A stretch of 64,000 nt of DNA from Marsupella aquatica (taxonomy: Eukaryota; Plantae; Marchantiophyta), in NCBI GenBank assembly GCA_973895155.1, contig OZ316891.1, positions 22,271,168-22,335,167 of the forward strand, read 5' to 3'. This document shows positions 49,348 to 61,783 of the stretch, piece after piece (position 1 is the first letter of the stretch; each line of letters opens with the position of its first letter). The notes under the pieces are model-generated. The model was not told the origin of the DNA and ran no database searches. It was given only the letters and a program-made list of their open reading frames with translations. Position numbers and translations under genes: made by a program.

Positions 49348-49812
49348 ATGGCCTTGGCATGCCTGGCGTGTCACGCAATGGATAATTCGACTGACTCATT
49401 TCGGATGGACCGCTCGTTCCGCACGCAAAACATGTCTGTGAGGTCCGTCCACTCTGATGATGGGCAAGAGGGGTGCGGGGGTGTCTCGGCGTGCTTCTCG
49501 AAGCACAACGACAAGACCACTCCACACAATGACGGTCAGCGGCACCACACACCTGATGGCATTGAGAGGGGAAGAACCTTCAGGGATTCGGCTGCACGGT
49601 CTTCAAAAGTATCGCATAGAGGAGGATCAATGGCGTCGTTCGGGAGACAACAACCAGAAGTTTCATTGGATCGGATGGTGTTTCCTGAGCCTCGGCTGAC
49701 TCGCTGCCATGCGGTGCGCAGAGATCTCTTCAGCAACTGGACTGTGGGAGAGGTTGAGACCGAATTTGGGGGCAGACAGCTCTGCTTCAACTGGTCCAGC
49801 ACTACTGCATAG
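49348..49812 (+). CDS. Small conserved uncharacterised land-plant protein (154 aa) with N-terminal MxLxCLxCH and C-terminal PRLxRxxAVRRDxxxxW motifs
   Basis: MALACLACH...SFR..S..SDD..G.C...S.C...PRLTRCHAVRRDLFSNW resembles, from memory, a plant family of unknown function (MSLACLVCH...PRLVRSRAVRRD..RDW). There is a good ATG and a candidate 5' UTR acceptor (TTGCAG) at ~49286. Confidence 0.75.
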   Translation: MALACLACHAMDNSTDSFRMDRSFRTQNMSVRSVHSDDGQEGCGGVSACFSKHNDKTTPHNDGQRHHTPDGIERGRTFRDSAARSSKVSHRGGSMASFGRQQPEVSLDRMVFPEPRLTRCHAVRRDLFSNWTVGEVETEFGGRQLCFNWSSTTA

Positions 49813-51569
49813 TGTTTCCATTTTCTTCTTATGGGAGGTTGTTGCCCTGCTGCTGCGGGCCTTTACAGGGACAGGGAGTGATGGTTATAGGGTAAATCAA
49901 AAACGCCATCCACCTCTCAGTTTGTAGGATTGATTGAAGTTCCTGGTAATGCCCGTGCTCCATCGCTCAACCGGGCAAGCCATCGGAGTTTTGTTAGAAT
50001 GCTGAGGCTCTGAACACCACACCCTTTTAGAGTGTGTTCGGAGGCTGAGCATACATAAGAGTTCTTTTTTTGGAGGCATGTAGTAATTAGGACGTAGATT
50101 GGTATAGTAGAGAATTGTGCTCTCGGTAGGGGGAATTTCTAGGGGAAGAGTGATGAATTTCTTCACTTTCGTTTCATCTACGGGGACTCCAAGGCATGCT
50201 TCCATCCATTCCATTCCATGCATCCCCTTGATGTACAGACAGAAAGGCAGTCTTCACTGTAACATAAAGGCCAATGCTTGTAAATATTTCATTCAGTGTA
50301 CAGATCCTTTTGGTGATGATCCCACTGAACTGTTGCCCACAACGACCCAATTTAGGACCAATCTATCTTGAATCAGGTTTCGGTTGACTTCAAGCAGTCG
50401 AAAGTTAAGAAAGTGAACAAATTCATACTCCGGGAACACGGACTTTTTTACCTGCATAAGGACAAACAGGTGTACACACGAATCCACACAAGTTGAATTT
50501 TAAGTGTCGATGTTCTACTCACTAACTAGTGGTCAAGTTTGACAATTGCATTTCGGTGTGTGGCATGTGATTTCGGTGTGTGGCATGCTGCAGGGGGAGA
50601 TCCATCCTCAGTAATCTCCACTCTAATCAATCGATGTGGCATCTTTAAGCACTATCGAGGTCTTCATCGACCGCAAAAGTTTTGCTAGCGTTCGAAATGG
50701 GCCCAACCAGAAATAATTTCGGAATCGTGCCTGGTGACGCGTCTTTCCAAACCTGTTGCATTGCGTCAATCTGAGGGGCTTCCAGCTCGTAAAAGGTGTT
50801 CACAATAGCTCGTAAAAGGTGTTCACAATCACGGCACCAGCTTCGTTTGTATTTCGTGCTATCTCAAGGCGGCTCATGGGGCATTTTCCATTTACCTGCC
50901 ATCCCACGGCAGAGGTTTCATCACATCTCGATACTCTAATGGGGGAAGACCAGGTATGTTCAAATAGCCCTCAAATCCTTCGAGATATGGATCACTCCCT
51001 GCCTCCCGCTTGATGATCAAAGACCCGTCACCAATCAGCGAAAAATATGCTTATACTGCTACTTGAGCACTATACTTCCTTTTCGTGAGCAGCAGATGAT
51101 CAGTCTGCAAACTATATGGTCACAGGGAGCATGTTTTCTAGCCCCGCCATAACCCTCCGGAAACTGGGAGCTGATGTTTTTAGGGTCAAATGGCTCCAGA
51201 TTTGCCGCAAAATTGAAGTAGAGGTTCAGTCGTGGAATCCATTCCTCCGCTCTCTGGAAACATCTCAGGCTGATTGGAAGCGAAATGACTTGCTCTCAAT
51301 TCGATGTGCTTGCATAGTTTTCTCGGTCATAGTGTCTCGGCAAGAAGAACATTTGAGAAATCAATCCAATTAAGTTCATCAACTTCAAGAACTCAGAAAC
51401 AGATTGGTAGCCGGTCAGGCAAAGAGAACGCAGTGAAACGGACCGAGCAGGAATGGACCGGACCAGGACTATTGACGCAAGTATGAACAAATGTGGAGCA
51501 GGCTAGTTCAGAATGCAAAGCAGGACTACAGTGAAAATCCATTCGCGGATAACAATGAAGGAATCACTG

Positions 51570-51903
51570 CGTGACTTTCAAACTCCATGGACGCCATGTT
51601 AGAACAAGAGAAAGAGTACGAAGTGGCAGGTCAGCCAAAAAGGAATATACAGATAATAAACAAAGCTACTTGATAAACTAAGAGCGAAATACTGGAAGTC
51701 CACTTTCTGCCGTCTTGCTCTTTGTAAATTCAAATGATGAAAGTGCGTGAGTTTCAAAGTCCATGGACGCCATGTTAGAACAAGAGAAAGAGTACGAAGT
51801 GGCAGGTCAGCCAAAAAGGAAGATACAGATAATAAACTAAGAGCGAAATACTGGAAGTCCACTTTCTGCCGTCTTGCTCTTTGTAAATTCAAAGGATGAA
51901 AGT
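51570..51903. repeat. Recent ~160-175-bp tandem duplication
   Basis: TCCATGGACGCCATGTTAGAACAAGAGAAAGAGTACGAAGTGGCAGGTCAGCCAAAAAGGAA...CTTTGTAAATTCAAA.GATGAAAGT occurs twice, with one internal indel. Confidence 0.93.
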
Positions 51904-53109
51904 CCCCCCCCATAACGTACGAGGAAGCGTCGACGAACAGAGGTACTCTAGCTGCTGAAACAAGAAAAGGGAAGAGGCTCCACGTGAGATTGGGACAGAA
52001 TGCGACGACCTTTTCTTGAACCTATACTGGAAGTCTATCGGGACTGCTAATAGTGAAGGTATATATTTTCAAGGACGTGTTCGTTTGAAGCACCTTGACA
52101 TCTATGTAGCACTGTTAGACATGGCTCCGTCGCACAGCAAAGGGTTCCTTATCTTCTTCAGTCTCTGCTCTTCTACCCAAGAAAGCCTAAACCCAGGAAG
52201 CCATCACTCAGTCATGTGAGCACAACTCCAGAATGAATTCTCAAATTAGAGCTTCAGCAGACACTTCGCGAAGTTCACACGATCAACGGTGTCTAGGCGG
52301 TATGAGCAACACCTATACCAATCGATAAATATTCGTCGAAATTGACACTCAATAAAGAATTCTGCACCACAATAGCGACTTAAGTGAGCTGGTTCTGTTG
52401 AAGGACATTCAAGAGAAAATCCAAGCATCTGCCAATACTTAATGTAGCCCAATAGAAGGTCCTCCAAATAAACTAGCTTCCCTGACGGAGGGCTGTGCCT
52501 GCCTAATTTGATGATATAGTGGCCCGGAGGAGATTGACGATATATTCAATGTACATACAAATATCCAACGACTATACTCTGCTTAACGTAGTCAAGACGC
52601 TAAAATATTGATTTCAACCCAATTAACTATACACTCAGTAGAAACACCGAGCAGGGAAATACGATCAAGCTCTTACCGGGACGATGCCACCATGTACATT
52701 CACCTTCAGATGACGTCTGAGTGAATTCGAGGTCCATAATTAGACTTAGATGGATGTTCAGAGAATAAATTAAAAGAAATGATGGATCCATTCTGGACAT
52801 CATTCTCCCAGTAAAGATATACATTAGATTCTAAGCGCTTGATTGATGTTTAGTTCTTGCAAATTTTGTGATAAGACCTTCAGGTTGTGGGGATCACAAT
52901 TGCAGCGTTTCTTCTGCTACTCTTACATTTAGCTGCCTAGCTCGATGTTTCTGCCATTCTCACCCCTCCAATGCAGTCAAATGTTGGGTACATTTGGAGG
53001 CTGGTGTGGCAAGGAAGTTCCCAAGTGGAGTAAACCCTCTGCGGCAATGTGCCACATTGAATTGTAAAGCTATTTGCGTTTCCCTCTCGACTATCAAATA
53101 CAATAAAAG

Positions 53110-56100
53110 TTAGAGCTTTGGGGACAAAAAAACTTGTAATTTATCGCCTGCTGCATTCTTATTACGTGAAAAAGAGGGCAGCCATTGTAAAGGCGCATCA
53201 TTTAGAAAAGGTTGAGATTTTCCTTTCTCCTTAATCCAAAGGGGTAGCGCAGATAGTAAAGCATCAACGTCTGCTTTGGTGTGAGCCGCTGATACTGTTA
53301 TTCGAAGTCTGCAAGAAGATACGGGAAGTTAGTTCTGGAGTACAGTGAATTTCATTGCTAATCATCATCTAGTCTTGAGAAACAGTAAACATGAAATTGG
53401 ATAAAAGCTTCCAGTCTATTATCCGATGTTCCAGTACCTTGAGGCACCTTCCTTAACAGTGGGAGGCCGGATAGCAAAGACATGGAACCCAGACTTCAGT
53501 AGTTCCCTGCAGTGTATGCAATGGATAACGTCAGTGGCTGGTAAAGGGGCAAACCACAAAAGTAAAACATCCTTACCTCAATGTGAGAAATGATATCAAT
53601 ACAACAGAGGCAAACAAAGACTCTACCTGCTGGCAAGAACAGATTCATCTGCGCCTCCAATGACAATGGGAATAATGGGGCTCACGAACTGCACTCCAAG
53701 TCCGATTGATAGTTGTTGAACTCTGTCCCAAACAGCCAGGCGCCTCCATTTTTCTGCCTGTGCAACTAAGATTGCCGCTGGAACACAAGAATGGAAAATT
53801 TCACTGCAGTCTATGAGTAATGACGAAGCATCGGCAAGTCATAGAAGCTATGGCATATAGCAGCACGAGGCCACCATTACGCACTGGAAGTGGAAGAGGT
53901 CGTAAGGATTACCATGTGCACCAGCAACTACTGGTATTGGAAGGGCAGTTGAGAATATGAAAGAGCGACCTCTTGACTGAATCCACTTCTTCCACTGTCG
54001 GCTGGACAAGAAATTCAGAAGGTTTAGTGTACATTGCTTTTAATTCTCATGCGGATGGAAAGTTTCTCTGAGTGACTAACAATGCCTACGAAGTGAAGTG
54101 GAAGTTTCCTTTCGAGAACCCTTGCAAACGAAGACAGGATGAGAAAGAGGGGAACCTTGTGGCAATAAAGCCTCCTAGACAGCCGATAGCCTTGCTTAGG
54201 GTGCCCACACAAATATCAATGTCCTTTTCAACACCAAAAGCCTCAGCTACACCTCCCCCATTGTCTCCACAAACCAAGGTACCATGTGCCTGGATTCCAA
54301 AAGAATTGACCAACCACTGAGTTGAGAAAGTACTTATTGGCAAGGACCTTTGAACACAATGGATAAACTTCAAGTAGTTTGGACGGAGTGTTATTTTGGT
54401 GGTGTTGACACGAACTGATAATTTTTTGTAATTGACATGAAATGTCTTTAATAAGGTTAATAAATCCAGCAAGCAAACATGTAGAGTCAATTTGAAGTTT
54501 CTAAAACATTTCTTGGACGAAGTTTTTTGATGTGGACTACGGAGTAGGTCATTTCAAAGTTACTAAACTCGTACTAGAATCTCAATATGTCATTCAAGAG
54601 TGATAGATACTTACGTCATCAACAACTAGTAAAAAGTTGTACTTTTTTCGGAGCGCAGCCAGCTCCGTCATTTTGGCAAAGTCTCCATCCATGCTAAAGA
54701 GGCTGCAACATCCAAATTATCTCCATCAATGTGAAGTGAATAAACTTTTCATCCAATGGCGTCATACCAGGCTGTTTCGGTTAGTCCTATTTTTCTCCTC
54801 TTCTCGGCTTCATCCATTACCGTAGGAAATGCTCATTTGGAAAAACAAATGCATTTTTTAAAGTAGGGGCATTTTAATCATAATTATTCCATAGTCACCG
54901 CTCGAGCTACCCTGACAACATCGACTGAACTTGTAAGTCCCTCATGCATTTGCTAGACTACTGCATTTTCCGCATTACCATTCCATAATCATCGCTTGAG
55001 CTACCCTGATCAATATGCACTGGACTTGTGGGTTCAAGGTGAGGCGAAAAAGAGGCTACCTGTCTGTGACGACCACCTTCCTCTCCAGCTTGCACTGCAG
55101 CCTGTGATGTCCGAAGATGAAGGTTTAGGAGTTGAATATAAAAATAAATTGCTTAGACTTCAAAAGTTAATTTAACAAATGTGAATAGTCTATCCAACTC
55201 AGAGCAGGAAGCGGAGAGACTTTGGCCAGGGTGAAAGCCAGAAGATTCAAATGCCCTTGCAGTTATCATGGTTCCAAAACTGCTCGTATAGGTTTGGACT
55301 AGGAGACATCGAACAGAGAATAATCTCATCACGAGAAAGTTTGATAGGAACAGCAGAGCCAAACTCACAGAAGCTGTTCCAAATGATCCATATCGGAGTG
55401 TCTGTATGGGTAAACTTGAGCTCGACCAGTCTTTTGTGCAAGACGTACACCATCGATGATTGATGCATGATTCAACGCATCTGAGAAGATAGCGAAGGAA
55501 CCCTCCTTTTCGGTGATTCCTCCCGTTATGACACTCGCAAGGGCTGTCATCACTGCCATGTTTGCGGCAAAGCCAGTAGGACATAATAAACACTCCTGCG
55601 ATGACGAGAACGTTCAGCATACTTTCTGAACGGGATATTGTTTTGTGTCTCGTTGTCGAACATCAATGAATTACTTCGCTGATCATATGGAAAGCTTCGT
55701 TTTTAATTTAGTTATTATTATCTTTCTGTGTATAGGCCCTCTCTTTCGTCCACCACACACATTGGCTTCCCTTTTCCAGCTTCTCTAACACTAGTTTCTA
55801 CTTACATGTCAATTCGACAGGAACGAGATAACAGGTAAGGCCCAGAACATGTCCTCCTTCGTCAGACTGTAGTCCCTTCCCACTAAAAGCACTGCAGTAG
55901 TACCATTCTTCCATTTACTTAAGGCACTTACTTCTGTATGTTTTAATTCCGCGAGGGTGGACTCCAGCTGACGATGGTGATGGGTATAGCCACAAACAAG
56001 TGCAGCAGCCCTCGGTCCCATTCCACATTCCAGTGCTGCCTGTTCAATGACGGTATACAGACGTAGGACAAGACAGCCCATTGTCGTGTCAGAATACAAA

Positions 56101-56908
56101 ATGTCCTATCACCGGCAAAACACTAATTCGAAGGACGAACCAGGTGCAACAGAGAACAATTTAATTTATTTCCACATCCATTGCACCAGAATAAATTGCA
56201 CCAGATTGAATCATAGCTACTGCATATACCATCAAGTTGCAGCTGGGACAACGGAAAAGCAATTGATCCCTCTGCCTGCATACTCTCACTCTGACACTCA
56301 CCTTGGCCGCGGCAATACGAACTGCAGGATGAGCAGACAGGCCCAGATAATCGTTTCCAGAAAAGAGCAGCAGCTTATGAGATGGGGCCGCATCCGGGGC
56401 CTGTGATGTACCCTCATGTCTTGGACCTATGCCAGAACAGCGGGCCTGCTGTCCTGTCACATAGAGCAGCAAATGAACAAGCCATCCTTGGGCCCAACGT
56501 TTTTGCATTCACTCTAGATTCGAACTAAAGAAGAGAAATACAATGATGACACAGTTCCCAGCCGAAAACAACTGCAACCAATTATTTCAATGAAAATGAA
56601 ATTGGACAAAGATCAAGGTCTTTATGGGACGAACCGGTGCACGGGGTCTCGCACAGCCAAGCCTCAAATTCCGCCATCGACACCTCGATCTCCACTGTCT
56701 CCCTATCCCAAGGTCCCAGCCCATCAAACGTTTGAACCTTACCATCCCGCTTCCTACTCGGTTGTGGTTGAGACACAGTGCCAGAGTGATTGCCAGGGCC
56801 AAGCATCGGATACTCCAGCGGAAGCAAGTGCCGCCCCAGCTGAAAGTGCTCCAAATCTACTAAAGCATGGTCCAACCATCTCCTCCATACCGGTGGATGG
56901 ATCGCCAT
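53110..56908 (-). CDS. BIOF: 8-amino-7-oxononanoate (KAPA) synthase, biotin biosynthesis. 11 exons: 56908-56635, 56453-56302, 56039-55932, 55595-55369, 55101-55060, 54702-54615, 54289-54156, 54001-53913, 53777-53627, 53506-53438, 53308-53110; ~510 aa
   Basis: Motifs [75 protein letters not shown] (PLP lysine), [15 protein letters not shown] and [12 protein letters not shown]-terminus is SPKL*. All introns are GT-AG and exon lengths sum to 1533 nt. Confidence 0.95.
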
Positions 56909-57471
56909 CGCAACGCACACGTGCAATGTCCTGCAAGTGCCTTTATTTTGTTCTTTAGATGATTACCAACCGTGCTGAATTCCGATGGACTGCTTCCCTG
57001 TAAAGCTAGATCATAAATCTATCAACCTACTGCATCAGAACGTGGGTCCAGTCGAATAGCATTTGTGTGGGACAGCAGCATTCGCCCACATTATGTATCG
57101 ACGACCTGCCTGTTTAGCCCGTGTTCAATTGTTGAAGCTACAAACCTCACCCTCCCAACGACCCACTTCCAATTCTTCGGATTGACATGAAGGCTTCACT
57201 TCGTACAGCTCAATCGCCTCTGCACGCCTCGCATAAGCCCTCTCTCTTTCTGTCTGCCGAGAGACCAAGCTTGCAACACTGCTCTCTTTCTTTCACCATA
57301 AACCCCGGGAATATTCCAGCCGACCGTCTCGTCAATTCCAATGCTCCACTCAAACAGCAACCCAAGTGCTAATAATTCTCCACCGTAAGCGAGAACAGAC
57401 GAGCCGCAAACCGCTCCTTCATGCTCGGATTGTCATGCTGTGGACACATGTAGTACCGCAAGGTCTGCCAG

Positions 57472-57565
57472 ACACGCAGGATTTAAGTGACGACATTCAC
57501 AAAGGATCATCTCTCGTCACGCAGGGTTTAAGCGGCGACATTCACAAAGAGTCATCTCTCGTCAT
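57472..57565. repeat. ~45-bp tandem duplication upstream of BioF
   Basis: CACGCAGG.TTTAAG.G.CGACATTCACAAAG..TCATCTCTCGT occurs twice. Confidence 0.85.
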
Positions 57566-58529
57566 TCAGGTGACGGTTCGTGAAAAACCCATTTAGTGTA
57601 ACCCCTTGGTCCGACTCGTCGATAATGCTCACATACCGAGTCGATAGCCTAAACTGTCGATCGCCTAAACTGTAGTCCTTGTTACACTTGAGAAATTCAA
57701 GTTTGTTGAGGAAAGAACGAGAGTGATGTACATTCAATAAGTACCTGCTGAGGACGAAAACAGTGTCGGTTCCGTGGTTTGTGAGTCGAAATCCTTCGTG
57801 CTGATCACAGTTTTAAAAAGCGAGAGAATTTGAGTACTGTCGCAAAGAAATTGTGATCACTGTCGGGTGCGAGGTCAGTAGCAGTAGGAAGAGAGGTGCA
57901 AATTGACACAAGCCGCACTTGCTAGCTTTCCGAATGCAGGCCTAGTACGATCCCAAGGCCTTCCTCAGGCTGTGAGAACCTCGATCCACCATTTTCCACC
58001 GTTCTCCCATCAACCATTCTCCTATTTCACATCTCGAAGCTAGCCGCATTGTTAGATTCAGTTCTGGGAAGCGTTCATTGAGGGGACTTGAGAACATCCG
58101 GCCAGTCGGGATAACGAACAGCTTGAGGGACCTTCGATCAATTTTGCTTGTTGGAGTGAAGTCGCTTTGAGTTGGTTCCACTGTCGACGACGATTCATCA
58201 TGGAAACACAGACAGGTGAACAGTCTGAGTTGCGATTCTTCGAGGTCAAAATGGCGCAGCAATGTGAGAAGTCAGGAGAGCAAAACAGCAAAATAGCACC
58301 ATGAAGTCATGAACCGGGAGGTCGAGACGGATGCGAGGGATGTCGAGGAGAAATTCATTCGGTGGAGCTGAGCATGCCCCGGTCTAGAACCACGGAGCTG
58401 AGCAGGGCCACACTGAACGAGGCGCAGCAGACCCATATATGGAGATGGAGCGATATTTTCAAGGTGTGAAGACCAGAGTCCAGGAGAAGGACTCCCACCT
58501 GTAGCGTGGAGATCGAGGAGGAAGAGTGC

Positions 58530-58895
58530 CATTGTGGGCTTTTTGGGCTTTGTGGGCTTTTTTGGCTCTTGCGTTTTCCCGGTTTTGTACTTTGTTTTCC
58601 CCCTTTATTGGTGTTTTTTTGGTTGGTTTTTTTTGCGGGGTTGGAGGGTTTTCCCTTTGCTATCATTTCCCACTTTATTGTGTTTTTTTCCCTTTGCTAC
58701 CATTTCCCCCTTTATTGGGTTTTGGTGTCATTGGTATCATGTCTCCCCGTTTTGTTCCTTTGCACTTATCATTTCCCCCTTTATTGTGTTTGTTTCCCTT
58801 GGCTACCATTTCCCCTTTTATTGGGTTTTGGTATCATTGGTATCACGTCTCCCAATTGTACTATTTTGTTCCTTTGCACTTATATATATATATAA
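58530..58895. repeat. T-rich low-complexity tandem repeat ending in a (TA)n tract
   Basis: Recurring CATTTCCCCCTTTATTG(G/T)GTTTT and GGT.TCATTGGTATCA.GTCTCCC...TTTTGTTCCTTTGCACTTAT. Confidence 0.8.
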
Positions 58896-60268
58896 GTTAG
58901 GTTGGGGTTGTTTCTTGAGATCGCAGCTTTTAGGACCTTTCACATGCGAGTTGAGCCTTTAGGTGTGATAAGAGAGGGACCTTCAATTCTTAGAACTGCG
59001 AAGTCATTTGTGTGCCTGCAAGAAGGGTTTATTATGTCCTACTGGCTTTGCCGCAATCCTGTTAGAAGTAATTTTTGTTGTGCAAAGGGCTTTGGTCTCC
59101 ACTATAGGAAGGGGTTTGTACAAAATTTTATTTTAAAAAAAATGAGAAATTGAAGCTAGTTGACTTATCAAACTAGATTTTGGAACTTCCATTGCCGCAA
59201 TAATGATGGCTACTGCTAGGCTATACTTGTTGTGATGGCTAATGTAAGCAAACTCTGTATTTATTAGGATCTGTGCACCATGGGTAGCATTCATAAATGT
59301 GAATACATACACCCTGATGTCTTCACCTTCTATGTGCAAGGGGCAGTGCATACTAACTGGTAGCATTGAATGGCAGGATCCAATGGGCAACATCAAAGAG
59401 GCTCCAATGGGCAACATAAATGAGGCTCCCAGGAACGCTTGTCAAGAATCTCTCCTTGGAGTTTTGATCGTGGAGCACAAGCACTGTACAGGACCTTGGT
59501 TGTTGTACTTTGTAAGCACTCTTTGAGTAATTTGTTCTTGTCTTCAAAAACTTTTACCTCCTGGATGTTAGTTGCACTAGATTGCTCTCACTTGTTATCC
59601 TAGAGAGAGTCAAGACTTGTTACTGTTATGGCCCCCAGGCAAATCCCCTCCTCTGCTGTTTAGTCTTGAGTGTTACCTGGCTTTTAGGTGTACAATTGAG
59701 TAAGTTTTAGTTCCTTTGCCTTTGTGTGGGATTCTGGGCGTTTTTGCTCTTTAAGTAGTTTTAGGGTCTATATGTTGAGTAAACAACTGCTACTCATAAG
59801 ACAGTATGGATTGCACATGTGCAACATCTAACAAACACAACTAACAAACACACAAGGTTTCACCTTGCCAGAGGTTACATCCATGAGAAGGCATAAGAGT
59901 GCTTTGCTAAACTCTATGTCCCCCGCCCATATCAAGTCTCCATAGATTAAGCTCGATCTACCCCTCAACTGGCTCCCTAAGAACGAACCTAAGCTCCACT
60001 CACTACCTAAGTTTTTGCTAGTGCATATAGTAATAGCACATGTAACCTTAAACAAACCCTCAACCATGATTAGATAAACCCTGGTTAAATACTAATTTTA
60101 GACCTAAGAGTAAATGCTTAACCAATTAAAATTTTTTAATGAACCTCGTGCCATTGGGTAATTTAGACCTAAGAGTATATGTTTAACAAATCTCTCTTCG
60201 TGACCCTCTTGAGCCTGGTGGGATTTTCCTTTGCCCTTGTGCGTGACTCTTGGCCTGGTTGGGTTTTC

Positions 60269-60596
60269 CACCTGTCCATTATTGGGTCTATTCCCTTTAG
60301 GTTTGGCACTTTTTGTTATTTGGCACCAGCTTTCCAACTTCACCAAGGGAGGGTTCTCATATTTAGGGACAGATAACCTTTTGTAGTACTACTCTCGTTT
60401 GGCTTCTGTGAACCTCAATCCTGCAGAAATTCCACCTGTCCTTCATTGGGTCTATTCCCTTTAGGTTTGGCACTTTTTGTTATTTGGCACCAGCTTTCCA
60501 ACTTTACCAAGAGGAGGGTTTTCATATTTGGGGCAGATAAACTTTTGTAGTACTCCTCTCGTTTGGCTTCTGGGAACCTCAATCCTGCAGAAATTC
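60269..60596. repeat. ~164-bp tandem duplication just upstream of the orphan ORF
   Basis: CACCTGTCC.T.ATTGGGTCTATTCCCTTTAGGTTTGGCACTTTTTGTTATTTGGCACCAGCTTTCCAACTT...GAACCTCAATCCTGCAGAAATTC occurs twice. Confidence 0.92.
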
Positions 60597-60715
60597 GACT
60601 GATAGTGTGCACTGTGGACATGGTGATGTGCTTTTCTATCCAAGAGTTCTACTTCGTCCATGAATTTTCAGCCAAACAGACCCAGTAGCCATCCTCTCCC
60701 CACAGAGCATCCTCG

Positions 60716-61783
60716 ATGGGGACCTTGGATGACCTGAAGGACGAGGTGAGGAAGATAAATCGAGGGTTTGATTCGACGGTGAAGAAATTGAACGAGCGTT
60801 TCTCCAGCTTGTGGATGAATGTGCAGACTGCGCACTCGAGTGGTGTAGAAAGGCTTTTATCGAGCCCTGCAAGCAAGAGTCTGGATTCAGGAGCCAAGAC
60901 GATCGCCCAGGGTGTGCAGAACTTGAAGTCAGCTTCTGCCACGGCAATTTCATCTTCAGTGTCCGGAGTGGTGGAGGATTTGAAATCCCTGCGCAGGAAT
61001 GTGGATAGAAATGTGCAAGCGCTGAAGTCAGGGGGTGGTGGTGAAGGAATGAGTAATTCAGAACAGCCCACCTCGCCATCACCATCACCTTCTCCAGCTG
61101 CCGCTGCGTCGCCAATCATTTCGTTTCCTTCTTCGAAACGTGACATGCTTGCCGGAGTGGACTCTCCTCCGGGGAACTTTCAGATTGGCCGTCAGTCATT
61201 TCAGGAGCCTTCTTCAACATCAGCACCTTCTACCAGCCCCAACTCTTCTTCTGATGAGGTCCCTGAAGAGGATCCTCATCCAGATTTGTCCTCAGTAAGT
61301 GCAACTTCTGTGTTCAGCATCGGATATGTAGGGCCCCCTTTGCTGGGTCCCCAGGAGCCTTCTAGCTTTGTTTATGATGCAAACGATGTTCCGAGAGCTC
61401 CCTCCATAGGAATGGCCTCAGTAGGAACTGATACGACGCAGGAGGTCAGTGGACTTGCACCAGTGGTGCGGTTGGAGGACGTGAGAAAATCTTTGGGAAA
61501 GGCTTTGGTTGTGTACAGAAAGATCAGAGCGCTGGGATTTCGAGAAAGCTCCTGGGAGAACAAGATGCCTTGGCGCAATCCTCGAGCAGCGTCCCTTGCC
61601 AAGGGATTAAATTGGCCTCAACAGAAGTTCTCTTCAGTGGGAGAAAGGCACGAATACCACAGAAGGGCGAGAAGGCGAGGGCGGTATTTGATTGGACCTA
61701 CCCCCGGTTGGTCCTGGTTTGCTGCAGATATTGTGTTCCTGTACTTCCTAATCAACAATCCCGCTGGAAATTTCCTCATCTGA
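60716..61783 (+). CDS. Hypothetical protein (355-aa ORF): N-terminal coiled-coil-like helices, Ser/Pro-rich middle, basic C-terminal part. Possibly the first exon of a longer gene, or a TE-derived ORF
   Basis: ORF of more than 1 kb with ATG and protein-like composition (LDDLKDEVRKINRGFDSTVKKLNERF; VEDLKSLRRNVDRNVQALK). No family recognised. Confidence 0.5.
   Translation: MGTLDDLKDEVRKINRGFDSTVKKLNERFSSLWMNVQTAHSSGVERLLSSPASKSLDSGAKTIAQGVQNLKSASATAISSSVSGVVEDLKSLRRNVDRNVQALKSGGGGEGMSNSEQPTSPSPSPSPAAAASPIISFPSSKRDMLAGVDSPPGNFQIGRQSFQEPSSTSAPSTSPNSSSDEVPEEDPHPDLSSVSATSVFSIGYVGPPLLGPQEPSSFVYDANDVPRAPSIGMASVGTDTTQEVSGLAPVVRLEDVRKSLGKALVVYRKIRALGFRESSWENKMPWRNPRAASLAKGLNWPQQKFSSVGERHEYHRRARRRGRYLIGPTPGWSWFAADIVFLYFLINNPAGNFLI

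Noticed and set aside
50551-50830. Micro-duplications (ATTTCGGTGTGTGGCATG x2; AGCTCGTAAAAGGTGTTCACAAT x2), also an 18-mer twice at 1-40
   Set aside because: Ordinary slippage or repair duplications with no further structure.
58506-58962. Three overlapping Phe-rich membrane-protein-like ORFs
   Set aside because: All three frames are open only because the T-rich tandem repeat lacks stop codons.
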